Source: Camelus dromedarius (Eukaryota). Taken from it: a stretch of 64,000 nucleotides of DNA. Of the stretch, positions 1 to 14,639 are shown piece by piece. The DNA is taken from assembly GCF_036321535.1 (NCBI RefSeq), contig NC_087436.1:67086001-67150000 (forward strand), written 5' to 3'. Each line of letters begins with the position of its first letter. The stretch's first letter is position 1. Made by a program: the position numbers and the translations under genes. The notes beneath the pieces are model-generated. The model had not been told where the DNA came from and ran no database searches. It saw only the letters and a program-made list of their open reading frames with translations.

Positions 1-3000
1 AGCAACCAAAGGGAGTGATGGTCTTACCAGTGGACTCTAATACTGAAGTCTTTGGACAAAACTTTCAGTCCCTTGGACAGTGGTTGACAGAGAGTATGAC
101 AGATTCCGGCATTTACTCCCTTGATTTTTTTTTCCTATCTTTTATTCCGAAAGACATGTTCTTTGTTTAGTTATGTTTATTAATTCTGTCAAAATGTGTA
201 TAGCCCTTGATCCCCTCTACTTCTCACTGAGTTTGCCATCATCCATTTTACGCTGCTTTTATAGCTTGCCTTTTGGGACAAAATTATTTCCTTTTCTCTC
301 CCCCAACCCCCACCTATCCCAGGTGTTAGGAGTCACTTTGTACATTTAAGTATTTAACATATATCTTTTTAACTCAGGTAAACTTATTAATGCTCTATTT
401 TGTAGGTATTAGAATTCCTTCAATAAATTTAACTTCATATTTTCTGATTTTTTTTGTTACTTCCTAACAGCTGCTAAGATTCTTTGTTCTAGAATAATTT
501 CTAAATGCTTTAAAATATGACAAAAGAGAATCATGCAAATATAGACAAAATGTTTATCTATTTAAACCTGTATAAAGTATTAACTCTACTTGCATTTTTA
601 ACATGCTGTACATTCGCAAGATTTCCTTGAGAGGTCTAACAGAGTGGCGGAAACTGACTTAGGGAAGACATGATGGACTTAATCCTAAAATCCTCAAGGA
701 AGCTGGACATTTTTACTCTTTTCATTTGGCAAAATAGTAAAATGACTAATTTTTATATTTGGACTTTCCTTGTTTTCTTTTTAATAGCTTCTTCTTTCCT
801 CCTGGTGCTTTTTTAAATTTCAAGGGTCTTTAGTGGTTTCTTTACCAGAGAATTTCTCTCCCCAGATATTTCTAGTCCTCCCAAATCAATAGCCATATAG
901 CCCATACTTAATCCATCATTTCGTAATAGTAATTACCCCATGCTGAGTGTCTACTGTGTGCCAGGTGTTACATGACAGCTTTCAGCCAAGTTGCTAGGTT
1001 AGTATTGTGAACAAACATGCCAAACATGATCAATCCATGGTCAGTTATCGCCCTGCCTTGTCTCCCTCATATTCTCATGGCTTACTCTCTCATTTCATTT
1101 GGGTTGGAAGTCCTCTGACCACGCTATTTAAACTAATTTCTTTCCTCACTTTCCGACACTCTCCACATCCTTGTCCAGTTATATTTTCTACATTATAACA
1201 CTTAGCACTGTCTAACAATATATATATGCATATGATATATAAAATATAATAAGCATTATATATATATGTATATATACACATATATGTGTATATTTATAAA
1301 ATATTTTTGTCTATCCACTCTTGCTTTCCAATAACAAAAGCTCTACCATGGCAGGCATTTAAACTGTTCTGGTCTCCACTGTATCTACAGGATCAGGCCA
1401 GGACCTAGCATTTAATAAATTTCAATAAGTATTTGCTGAGTGACCAAATGAATGACTAAATCCTACCTATAGCACTAAGAAGCTAGTTAGCCCAGGTTAC
1501 AGAAAAATTACTGTTGTTTATTAATGTGTTTTTCCTATGAAAAATAAATGGATTTAAATTGGGCCTTCTGTATATAAAAAGGTGTTACTTTACAATGCTG
1601 GATCTGAAAGTCCATAAATTTTATCACATAACAATAATATAAATAACAACAACACCACCAATCACTGGGAGAAAAATAACAGGTACTTGAGTGATTTCTT
1701 TGGACCAGGAATTAGAAGACATGATCTCTCTCTATCTCTATCTGTCTCTTTTGTCCTCTATCAATATTTCTTTCAATTGAATGTACCCAACATTCCTGTG
1801 AGTACCATTATATAGACAAGAAAACTGAGGGCAAAGGTGAAATTTCCCAAGGTCTGTGAGTGGTAACAGTGATTGAATGATGACAACCTGACCCAAGAGT
1901 CAGAGCTATGACAGTAATCCAAGGCAATTACTTATTTTGTCTGTACTTGAAGTGGTTCCTAGTTTTATGCAAATTTGTACTGTTTATATCTTAAGGGAGG
2001 AGAACTCTTTAATTTTCTAGTTACATGAAGCAAAGAGAGAAAGAGAGTGAGAGGGAATGAATTTGATAAATTTTTCTCTAAGTTAAAAAAATACTCTACT
2101 TATTATAGTCCAAATAGTATAATGTTTAATTACTTTCTTTAAAGAAGATATATCATTGTTTTTGACCTGTGGAGCCCAACCAATAGCTGTTTTGTATTAA
2201 AATCAAGTTTAATAATATTGTGATTTAACTCCCTTTGATTGGGCCTAAAATGAACCCTGCTTATTTCAAAATTCCAGATTTCCAATATGATACAATTTTT
2301 GTCATAACTTCTGTGAAATTTGTGTTATAATTTCTCTAAAATTATTCTGATGAAAAAATGCCTTTGATTTTATTTTTCTATATTTATGTCAGAGGATCCA
2401 GTTATTCTTTAGATGGATGGATTTCCTGTAAAGCACTTCAGCATAGATCTTATTACTCTGTTGCAAACCTGACTGTATACTGATGCATTTTCTATAGGCA
2501 GGCATAAAATATTTTAATGATATATCTCCCTTATTTTATGGCAGATGTTCTATGAAGACCCAAACTGTAGAGATGGCATCCTTTATTTGGAGCCTGGTTA
2601 GCAACAGTGTAATTTCCTCCTAATAGCTTGTATTATTCTACTATAGGGCAAATGTAACAGACGGTTCATTTTTGGATATTGTTTTGCACATAGATTAACA
2701 TTTCAAACTGTTTTTATAATTAATGTACTTAGAATTAACCTGCTCCTTTAGGAAGTTTATTTTTCCCTCAATAAAAGCTTATCATTTTGTTATTAGAAAG
2801 AAGCAGATAATGGCTTTCTTGGGAAACAAATATTTGCATGAGGGCTTGGAAGAACAAGATCAGTATATCTAAAAAATAACTTTGACGCTTTTCTGCAAGT
2901 ATATTTTTCCTATTTTCTCTCCTTGTGTGAGAGAAAAAGCAGATCAAAAATATTGTAGAATTTGGACTTTTAAAAACTTATTTATTTGAATATTATTTAG

Positions 3001-3179
3001 TTGATACAATTTGCAACATAAATCATGGGTTCTTGTGACTTTAGTTTCATGGTATTAATTTCTTTTATATTCAGACTGAAAGATGTTTGGTTGCTAACTG
3101 ATCAATTTAATTGAGAAAAAATACATTTTTGGTATCTAAATGTGGAAGACAGATAGAAAAATATAATTGGAGAAGACTG

Positions 3180-4600
3180 TTCTTTTTATAAGAAGGCATT
3201 AATGGGACTCCAGCACAACCAAGCATAAAGTGGCCCCCACAAAATGGTGATACAACACAAGGCCTGTGTACTCCCATGAAATTAATAACTGCTGAAGATG
3301 AGCTCATTAGTAAAAATTACAAAACAATAGAAGAAAAAAAATCACCATGTCATAAAGAGTTTATAGATACAATAAAACAGAGAAGAGACATTACAAAAAG
3401 CCTATTAAAATTAAAAAAATCAATTAAACAAAAATAAGATAGTCTCAGGGAAAAAACAAGTAGATTTGAAAGAAAAATATATCAAATTGAAATTCTAGAA
3501 ATGAACAACATAGCTATTAAAAATTAGACAGATGAAAGAGTGAACTAGCTTTAAAAAAAACTTATTATTCAAAAAGATTTTTCTCAGGCAAATTACCAGA
3601 ATATAACATAAGAAGATAAGAGATCTATTAAGAAAAGCTCCAACTTGCACATTATAGGAGTTCCAAAAAGGAAAAATAATGGGAAAGAGGCACATTTGAA
3701 AAAAAAAAAAAGTGGCTGAAATTATTTTAGAACAGAGAAAGACATAAACTCTGACTGAAAAATCACCTCTTATCCTAATCAGGGGAAGTTATACCAAACA
3801 CATGGCTGAATACACAGTAGTACATCTTCAGCATGCCCAAGCTAAATATAATTTTTTTCAATTATATGGAGGAAACAGAATCCCTGAAATGGAAAGTTTC
3901 TGACTGGCTGCAGGCTTATCATGAGCAACAGGGGCCAGAAGGGTCTGAAGATAAGAGTCAACCCAGAATTCTTTAATGAATTAAGCTTTTATTGGAAGAA
4001 GGGTGAATTTTCAGATTTACAAAGACTAATAGAATTTATTACTCTTACATCTTCTCTGAATAAACTGCTAAAGGATATCTGCCAGCAAGAAGAGAATCAA
4101 AGACAAAAAGAAGGACTGGTACACAAAAAACAAGAGTAAAAAAAAAAAGTAAAATATTTAGTAAATCTAATTTTCACTATATTTTTAGTAATGGTATTAT
4201 TATTAAAATATTTTAGAACAAAAATTAGTAGATCTAAATCAATAATAATGTCTGGGGAATATAGGAATGTCTGCAATATTCTTATTGTTCAGGGGAAGAA
4301 CAGAAAGGTTAGTTAATTTGGAATATTATACAGTTAAGTATGCATGCTAAAATTTTTATATTCAATAAAGTAATTAGAATAAAAGGCATGTAACTTTTTG
4401 AAACCAATGAAGGACACACACAAACATACACACCCCTACACACAGAAAAGAAAATAGAAAGAAATAGAAGTTAAGAATTCTGTAAATAAATGCAAAAGAA
4501 AATTTTGCTAAGTAGAAGCTACAAAGTAAAATTAAAGTATATCTTTAATAGAAATTTATTTAAATGGATTAATATACCTCCTTATATTAGAACCCACATT
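3180..4600 (+). mobile_element. Ancient L1M/HAL1-type LINE remnant (ORF1 region)
   Basis: A-rich strand with L1 ORF1-like phrases (ATAGGAGTTCCAAAAGG..AATGGGAAAGAGGCACATTTGAA..TGGCTGAAATTATTTTAGAAC). Confidence 0.65.
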
Positions 4601-7049
4601 GATAAAAGAATGTGATATATGCCACATCTGATTTATATGCAGCATGCCAAGGACTAAGGAAGTCAATATGGCATAACTTCTTCTAGGAGATGGGAGTTTA
4701 CCTTAGCTTTGAAAGAAAGGGCAGAATTTATTTATCATATTTGGGATGTGTATGTGAAATGGATATCCTAGCCAGTATAAAACAGTGTAGCAAAATCCTA
4801 AAGGGGAAAAGAGCAAAACTTATTTGCTTCATTGTAGGAGAGGTAATAAGCACATTAGTGTATTTGAAGCAAAACTGGATATGATGCAGAGATAAACAGA
4901 ATTCTCTTACTGGAAGAATCTGCTCTTTCGAAGACTAGAATTGGTTGTGGCAACAAGCTGGAACCTGTAATAAAGTCAATGTAAGTTTGTGCACCAAATA
5001 CATGTAGAACTTCGTATAAGTTACTGAAATAATTTAACCTACAGCCCATTCATATAGAAAATGAAGAAAATAATATAGATTTAATGTATGTATTTTGGTA
5101 ATAATTTAGATAATTTTTGTTAAGCACTCTGTTTATTATCTGGTAAATGTTAAAATCATAGAAAATGCTAACACATTTTTATAATGTACTTTCTTCTGTA
5201 ATGTAGTGGTTGAAACTCTCCATGTGTTTTTCTTTGGAAAGGAGTGGAATGATGTTTTCTCATGATAGATAGAAAGGCTGGTTGAGAATGTGATCAACAG
5301 ATCTATGTGTTTGGTATGAACCCTAGACACCCACAATAGATTGAACCACTATTCTGAGTGCACCGTAAGGAAACCTAGTTCACTTCTGTCTGCTGTTCAC
5401 TATAATGCTATCTTATAGTAAGTGACTAATGAATAGTTTTTACTATAAACAAACATATATAAGGGTCGAAAGAGAGGATAGCCTCTAAGATGCAACAGTT
5501 GCCCTCAAAATGTTTAATACTAAACTACAGCATTATGATAGTGAATACATCATATTAAATGAATGTTACTACAAAGAGTTCACCAGTGGTAAGCACATAA
5601 ACACATTCATGTATTGAAAAACCATAAATCCTTTCTAAGACTGTTATATAAAATGGAAAAACCTGTATCATGTTAATTTGTAACTATTCAGACCCCCAGA
5701 ACCTCTAATTTTGGAAGCAGAGAAAGTAAAGAAAGATGTGCTATTACAGTAGTGGTCTTCAAACTGACACAAACCTCTGGTTTTCCAGGAAGTATGTGGG
5801 CATAAATAATTTAAAGAGAATAATTGTCCAGATCCTCAATTGTTACATGTACCCTTTCCTAATATTAACTTATTTCTGGTCCTCATTTTCCTTTTCAAAC
5901 TCTTCTTTTACAATAACCAATCAACTTTTTTGTAATAAAAAGAAATACCTTTCATCCGTCAATGAGGAATTGCCATAGAGGAGAAAAAAGGAAAAATTTC
6001 TGAAGACACAAACATAGAGATGACTGGGAAAACTCTCAGCCACTGAAGAGAGCCCTGTGGTCATAAAGTACATGTAAGATATATTAAAGTGAGTATATTA
6101 TAACAATATACTCCATGGTTTCAAATCTGTGCATTATGTATACATACATATATTTATGCATCTATTTATCTTTATCATCTATTATCTATCTTAATACCCC
6201 AAAATTAGAGAGTGTAATAAATAAGTAATATATATACTTGAATTGAATAGAGAAGAGAGATTTTTCTGACAGAAATTAAGTCTGACTTGCTGATCGTTTT
6301 AATAACGAAAGCTTGCTTTCTCATTAAGTCAAATTGTGCATGTTTTCATGTGTTGGAAGACCTGGACTTGCAGCTCAAAATACTTTCATGAAAATACATG
6401 TAAAGTACATTCACAATAACAATATATATTAAGGCACAAATACATATTTGGAAAATATTAAATTTAGACATTTCAAGTATAGAATACGTTTCATCAGGAA
6501 AACAGAAAACACTCCATATATTTTAAGCAGGAATGAAATTAAATAGCAAATTAGGTACTTAGAAAACCATAGAAAGGGATGATGAAATGCTCAGGAAAAT
6601 CTCCACTAGCTTTCAGATTCACTCACAGCTTTCTGAGAATTAAGAAATTGCAAGAATCTGAGAAAAACTACACCAATGACTATAGCTGCCTAGAGAATTA
6701 AGGATGTTGATTTGCCAGGAAATGTCTTGAGCTGACCACAAAGCCTGCGGCTACACAGCCTCAACCTCTGCTAGGGAAACAATAATATAACTCTGCCCTT
6801 CTTATGCTTTCTAAGCCTCCTTCAAATGAATCTCACTGATAGAATGTACCTCAGGATTCTGCTGCCAAGCACTTTTTAGAAAAGTGTAGTTTAAGGTTTC
6901 TAGGATCTTTGACAGAACAAAAGGAATAAAAGGGTGTTTACCTGCCAACAGGCAGTGTGGCACAAGTGTCAAATTAAAAAATGTATTTCTTCTCCAAAAA
7001 CACTTTAAGGATTAAGCAAACAAGAACTTTGAAGGCTAGGGTTCTAGGG

Positions 7050-7384
7050 TGCCTTAATCAGCTCTGGCTATCATAATAAAATCCCATAGACTGGGCGGCT
7101 TAAACAGTTCTGGAGGCTGGGAAGTTCAAGGTTAAGGTGCAGATTTGGTTTCTGATTAGAACTTTCTTCATGCCTTGCAGATGGCCACCTTCTCACTGTG
7201 TGTTCACCTGGAGGACAGAGACAACTCTGGTCTCTCTTTCTCTTCCTGTAAAGACACTATTACATCATGGGGACCCTACCTCATGACTTCATCTAAACCT
7301 AATTACCAGCTTCCAATACTGTCACATTAGGAGTCAGGGCTCCATCATGAGTTCTGGAGGGACACAGATATTCAGTTCATAACA
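7050..7384 (-). mobile_element. MaLR solo LTR (MLT1A-like)
   Basis: CATAGACTGGGCGGCTTAAACA..GTTCTGGAGGCTGGGAAGTTCAAG..CTCATGACTTCATCTAAACCTAATTAC..ATTCAGTTCATAACA, with TG..CA ends. Confidence 0.85.
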
Positions 7385-7739
7385 TAAGAAAGAGTATTCT
7401 CTGTTTCCATCCTCTATCACATTTCTGGTTTCTGCTATGTCCTCTCAGCCACTATTTCAAGTTGACCGTTTTCTATTTAACACTTTTATTTCTGGCTCCC
7501 TGTTAATGACCTCCTGCTAAAACTTTTAACATCTAAAAAGTTGTCTCAGAATTCACACCTATCAAAGTTACATGTTTGACCCTGAGTTTGTTGAGTTGCT
7601 ACTGTTTGTCAAGGCACACTTTCTTGCTATTTATGTCCAGTGATTTCTGCCCAAAGAATTACCAATCATACTTTAGGATTTTTAAAAAAAATTTTGGTTT
7701 TTTCATAACAAGTTAAAATTGACTTGTATATGTTCTAAG

Positions 7740-8215
7740 ATTTTTTATTAAGGTGAAATATACATAACATAAAATTTTAAATTTTAGTGTACAATTCAGG
7801 GGTATTCAGTACATGCAAAATATTGTGTAGCCATTTCCTCTCTCTACTTTCAAATCATGTCATCACCCTAAAAGGAAACCCCATACTCATTAAGCAGTCT
7901 CCCCAATTCTCTTTTTCTCCAGCCCCTGGCAACCACTATCTGTGTTCTGTCTCTATGGAGTTATCTATTCTGGATATTTAATGCAAATGGAATTACATAT
8001 TATGTGACATTTTAGGTCTAGCTTCTTTCACTTAGCATCATATTTTCAAGTTTCACTCACATTGATCCACAATATATCGATACTTCATTCCTTTTTATGT
8101 CTGAATATTTCCTTGTATGGCTATATATATTTCATTAATTCATTCTGTTGATGGACACTGGGGTTTTTCCAACCTTTTGGCTAGGGGAATAGTGCTGCTA
8201 TGAACATTCATGCAT
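7740..8215 (-). mobile_element. L1 3' end (L1MB-like)
   Basis: T-run then TTATTAAGGTGAAATATACATAACATAAAA..CCCTGGCAACCACT..CTTTCACTTAGCAT..GCTGCTATGAACATTCA. Confidence 0.85.
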
Positions 8216-8431
8216 CTGTCATGTTATCATATTGAGAGAACTGTCTGCTGTGTATGAACTCTTTATAATTCTTCACTGGATGCAGAAGCTGCTGAGAGGG
8301 CCCTGTTTTATAGGTTTTAAAACTAAATTTTTATTGGTGTGAATAAAGCTACAAATCAGAGTCAAATCTGATAGATAACATCAGCTATTGCTTTATATCT
8401 GATCACCTTGAAGTTATGACTATATTGTCTT

Positions 8432-8732
8432 AAAATAGTATTCTGTAGCAAAACTTTTAGTAAGTTAGTAAATAAGTAATAACAGTGGTAACAAATAACA
8501 TTAATGGAATGCTTAGTACATACTTAGCATAACATTAGATATTTTGAGTCATTTATTCTTCACAATAAATTATAGATGATGTCACTGAGGTAGAACAACC
8601 TACCCCAATGTCACAGCTAATGAATAGTGAATTCAGAATATGAATCCAGAAAAGATGGTCCTAGAGACCCATTTCTTACACATTACATTATTCTCCACTA
8701 AAGGCTTCAATCTCTCTTCCCTCATTTGATTA
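8432..8732 (+). repeat. Left copy of the ~300-bp direct repeat flanking the RPS3 retrocopy; contains a MIR fragment
   Basis: Aligns by eye along its full length to 9464-9785, with about 25 substitutions and 3 indels. Begins at TT/AAAA (8430-8435). Confidence 0.93.
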
Positions 8733-9463
<731 letters not shown>

Positions 9464-9467
<4 letters not shown>

Positions 9468-9785
9468 TAGTTTTTGTAGGAAAACTTTTAGTAAGTTAGT
9501 AAATAAGTAGTAAACAGTGGTAACAAATAACATTAATGGAATGTTTAATATATACTCAGCACAACACTAGATATTTTGAGTTACTTATTCTTCACAATAA
9601 ACTATTATTATCCTAAATTTATAGATGAGGTCATTGAGGTAGAATAACCTACCCCAATGTCACAGCTAATGAATGGTGAATTCAGAATATGAATCCAGAA
9701 AAGATGGTCCTAGAGACCAATTTCTTAAACATTGCACTTTTTATTTTCCACTAAAGGCCTCAATCTTTCTCCCCTCATTTAATCA
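9464..9785 (+). repeat. Right copy of the ~300-bp direct repeat flanking the RPS3 retrocopy
   Basis: AAAATAGTTTTTGTAGGAAAACTTTTAGTAAGTTAG...CCCTCATTTAATCA matches 8432-8732. It has ~18 extra nt (CTATTATTATCCTAAAT) that the left copy lacks. Confidence 0.93.
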
Positions 9786-11169
9786 TATGTTTTAAAGCAG
9801 TACTGATTTGATATCACCTGGTCATTAGTTTTTGTCTTCTTCCACAGATTTTTGTCTCCTTATCTCACTAATATCAAACTCCAAATTGTCTGCAATGGCC
9901 TAAGAGCTCCTTTACGACCAGGCCCTTGGCTCCATCACTCTTCTCCTTACACATTTTACTCCTTAAACCTTTGCATTTTCTGTTTTCTCTGCCTTGAGGA
10001 AATTAATTTAATTTAAGCCCTGTTAAATGGTCACTTCTTCACAAAGGCATTCCAGGTCAACCTTACCCTAATCACCAATCACTCATCTATCCTCTCACCT
10101 TGATTTCTGTGTCTTTTATAGAAATTATTAGTACACACACACACACACACACGTACATACGTCTGTAATTGTATATGCCCCCCCATACTACCCACCCATG
10201 TAAGCTTCTTCAAAGTAGGGATTTTTTTGTTTTCTGGTGCATTTCTAGTGTCTACTATGGTGTCTGGCAAAAGTATGATATGCAGCAAAGATACGGTGAA
10301 TAGAGAGCTTCATTGAATGAATTCCATGGGCGCTCCCATGAATATTGTCTGCCTCCACAATATTCTGAATGTACTTAGTAATTTAATGTATCTTCTCCAG
10401 CATTAAACTATTGTCTTGGTTCAAACTTCTAAGCCTTGACTGTCTCTTATCTTTGGATGAGTTTTTTCCATGGAAGACATAACATAAAGCAGCAGGGACC
10501 TGATTCACACTCCCTCTACTCATACTTAGACGTGTCTATTTACAGGATGAGCTGAGTTTATGCTCAAGTTAAGATTCCGAATTGGTCAAGTTGAGGTAGA
10601 CCCAGAAAAGTTGATTCTGACGTTTTTACACCTTTTGAAAATTTTCCTCTGAAGTTGCTTCAGAGGATTTGTACCTTGCTAGTTTGGTTCACTTAGAACT
10701 GGCTTCAAGGAAAGTAAGTTATCTGCTGCCTGGCTTTGAACTGGGAGCAGTGGTAATATTGGTCAGGTGCATACAATCGTTCCTCCTTGCCACTAGTTCG
10801 TTTCTGGTCTTAATCACATGGATTTTTAAATTAATTTTTGTTGTTTTATTTTATTTTGCTTATTTTTCCTATCTCTTTATTTGTATATATTCTGGTTTGT
10901 TTGTGGAAAGGAGGCACAAATGGCCATTTTCCTCTGTGTTACTTCTCTGTGTAACTTTTCTCATTATCCTTTACGGTGATCATAGCTACTTGGTAGAGTA
11001 AGATGATAATCTTACTGAGTTTAACCTGTTTTGCTTGAAAAGACCTAACAAAGACTGTATTGCTATTTCTCTGAAACAATAGAAGGAAAAAGTAGGTTGA
11101 ATATTAATAGCTAAGTTTATTTTTACTTACTCAAATAAATATTTTCCATGTAGATACATTATCAGTGAC

Positions 11170-11340
11170 AGATTTTTTTCCAAAAGTTTGGTCTGGGATT
11201 TCTTGCATCAGAATAACTAGTGGTTCTTGTTGCTGAGTTTCATTACAGACTGAGTGAATCACTAACTCTGGATAATAGATCTAGAAATTTAACAAACATC
11301 CTAGGTATTTCCGTATCACACTAAATTTGGGAATTGCTGC
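11170..11340. mobile_element. MER5A-like hAT DNA transposon remnant
   Basis: GCATCAGAATAACTAG..GAATCACTAACTCTGG..TTTAACAAACATCCTAGGTATTTCC..CACTAAATTTGGGAATTGCTG. Confidence 0.55.
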
Positions 11341-14107
11341 TAATCCATGGACATGCTACTATGACAGAACTTTTAACATATTTTTTGGCATCTTACAAAT
11401 TTGCAACATGGTTTGCAAACACTCCATTACTTTCACTTGACATTATTTAAAACATGTATTAAGTTGGTATTTGAAGAAATCTACATACCAAAATGCAAGT
11501 TTAAAAAATTTTTGCTTTTTTAGTTTGAACTCAAAATGGTCTATTTATTTAGTTGGTATATTGGATTGAAGCTGAATAGAAATTTCACAATATTTAACAT
11601 TACTTATTAAACTGTTGCTATTTTCATCCCTGCTATGTGGGAAAATGGAATATATTTATGGCATCATGTTGTTTTGTTTTAAGCTACCAAACACTCTTCT
11701 TGTGGAAAAGTAAATTGGCAGGCATCAATCATTATTCATTGTAGAAAATTCAATATATCAATCAAGAAGGTGATGTTTTTGTTTGGACAGTACAGATTCC
11801 AAGAATAACCCTCCCTCATTCATCATCATCTTGAGAAAAATATTACAAACCTGTATCTCTTATTCCATCCATAATATGTAGCAGCATGTAAAAATCTATC
11901 TTCAGTTTCTTTGGATGCCTATATATGTCAAATGTTTTGATATATTGAATTAATATCCTCTTTTTTATTCATAAATCTATGGCTTGGGCCATTTTGGAAA
12001 TATATTTGATTGTTCTAGTGAATGAATTTCATTCATCCTTTCTTATTATGAGGGTAGCATTCTTTTTTTTTTTTAACATTCACTGATACTAATATTAAAA
12101 TTAGCAAATGATGGACATAAAATTATAACAACAAAAGCCACTTCCTGTGATTGTATTGCCGATACAGACATAGCAAGCATTTTTAATATTAGTGGTCACA
12201 GGGTTATGGTTTACTGTAGAATTAGGAATATGCTTACTAATATGGCTTCAGACAACTTCTGTCTTGACAGTCTAATTCACTTAGAACTAATGTAGTATTA
12301 CAGGGGCTCAGTTACCCAGGAGAGTATTGGGTATATCATGGTCTGGGAATGCCATATAGATAAAAACTGTAGAAATATAATTTACCTACCTGTGAGATAT
12401 AACAGAAACTAGTTTTTCTACCTAAAAATTAAGAAATTCTTGTTATTTTCTTTTTTAGCAGTTATTAAAATTGAGCACAAGGTGCCCCAAACTATCCAGC
12501 TGTTATTCTCCCTTCCTTTCATTGAGGCAGAGGAGTTATTCAGCAATCAGCTCTCAGGGAGAAATTTAAGGGCTTCATCGTGTACTCTGTGACATCCCCA
12601 ACATCCCTACTTTCTGTGTAGTGAAAAGCTTTTCTTTCCCAGCTGTAGGAATACTATTCATCAAATAGTCTGAGTTATTACATACTATTACTAAATTACA
12701 TTATATTGCATTATACTGCAATTGTTATATGATATTATTTATAAATTAACACTGTATCATACCAGATTTTAATAGAAATTTGATGTCTGAAAGAGAGCTC
12801 TATTGTAAAAGTCAGGAGTCTCTGATACTAATTCCATTTCTTTGGGAAAATATTTTAGCATCTCTGAATACCTGCCCTGTCTGTCTATCATGATTTTTGT
12901 GAGTTACAAAATAGAGCATGCATTCTATAGAGCTACAGAGAATTAAAAAATAGATGCTTTATAATAATATTATGCTATATTTTATTAATTAAAATTTTGT
13001 ATTTTATATTTTAAGTTATTCTGTAGTGTTGAAACATATTGAATTTTCTGGAAAACAAGCTTGAATTGCATTTGGTTACCATGGACAGACCTAGTTAGCA
13101 CAGATATGGGTTAGAGTTTTAATCCTTATAGATTTAACAGTCCACTGATGTTTTATGAACTGAGTTTCCACATATATTTATGATTCAATCAATCTCAAGG
13201 ATTCTAAAAGTGCTTTTGTAATTTTACATGAAGCATTTCATACTGACCCTTGAGTAAGACACACAATTTAAGAGCCCTAGCTCACATGAATAAAATGTAG
13301 TCTATAAAGAACCATCTCTGAAATAAATTTCCTGTCTTCTTTATGCTAATTAGCCTATATAGGAAAAAAAGATGCATCCACATCATAGTAAAATATTGAA
13401 GAAAGATCGAAAAATATTGAACTGAAATACTTAACTTAAATAGTAGTGGTATGATAACTATTTAAAAATGAGTCTTTAGGCTGTGATGATAAAGGCAATG
13501 TTTACTTATGTCAATTGTAACCATGTTTGAAATTATGTGAAAAAAAGGATGTTTCTAATGCTTTTTTTCTGTTGTGGTACATGAAATAAAATGGTTAATT
13601 CACAACTGTGATTTTGAAATCCAAAGAAAAGAGAGAAGTTTTAACATAAGACATCTAACTTTGGTTAGATAGTATGGTGTCAAGGCAAGTAGAAGTAGAT
13701 ATAGAAATCCCTGGAGAACACAAAAAAATAAGCTAATTAGAGAGAAATTCTTACCTTTGTGATCGGAGTCCGGAGGGAAGGATGGAAAAATCCTCATTCA
13801 GTGAAACATAGCTCCAGATTTAAGCACCTGCTCAGCTGCTCTCATGAACCCTGTCTTGGACACTTTCCTCTTTTGTCTTCCCAGGAAAGCTACTGTAGGG
13901 AGCTCAGGACAGCCAGTTAACTCTAGGGGAAAAACAAAAAGTTTCAAAATATGTCTCGGGAAAATGAAGTCCTTGGCATTATTTAGTCAGACAAGCAGCA
14001 AGAACTCAAGGTCACGTCTCAAGAATATTTCTATTATGCATAAAACAAATAACTCTGTGCATCAAAGTAAAGAAAATTTTTAAATATTATAATTAACACT
14101 AGGAAGT

Positions 14108-14524
14108 TGTTGGTTCACAATCTCTGGAATTCCCTGGGTGAAATTCAAAACTGGTCCCCATAAATGGAGGACAAAGAAAGACCAAAGAAAGAGGCAGAAC
14201 ATTCCAGATTGGCATAGTGACAAGTTTAATAAGCAAGGGCTCTTGCTTAGGAGTCTTGTCCTGGGCACCTGCATGACAAGATCTCTGCACACACTCAAAA
14301 GGATTTATGTAGAGGCTTTAACAAGGTTCAGTATGTGTACAGTTCAGAAGTTCAATAACACATTACTCTCTCAAGGTTATGCCCTTGAAGCCATTCTTAG
14401 TACAGGAATGGTGGGCAGCATATACATTCCAAGGACAGTGATGGGGAGGAAGAAGCCTCCATTTGCCTGGGTTCAGTTCATGGGTCAACAGGCAGTCATG
14501 TCCTCTCAATGACTTCCTCCAATA
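14108..14524 (-). mobile_element. 3' LTR of the provirus
   Basis: Homologous to 17339-17833 (shared GGTGAAATTCAAAACTGG, TTAATAAGCA, GGAATGGTGGG, GTCCTCTCAA). Minus-strand ATTAAA signal near 14226. Purine-rich PPT-like tract (minus AAAGGGATGAAG) abuts it at 14525-14536. Confidence 0.88.
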
Positions 14525-14639
14525 CTTCATCCCTTTGACTAGCTCTTAAATCATAGTCTCTTCTGTAATGTGTCCTGAGTGGTCATCGAGGGGTTTTATA
14601 AGTGTGGAAGTGGCTCATTTCCAGCTATCTGGCTGCTCT

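Noticed and set aside
660..740. Peptide HDGLNPKILKEA resembling the CR1/L3 ORF2 motif GPDGIHPRVLKELA
   Set aside because: Too short and degenerate to call without a profile search.
2497..2610. Possible plus-strand coding exon after TTTTCTATAG or TTTTATGGCAG
   Set aside because: The donors are weak, the peptides are unrecognised, and no chain of compatible exons was found.
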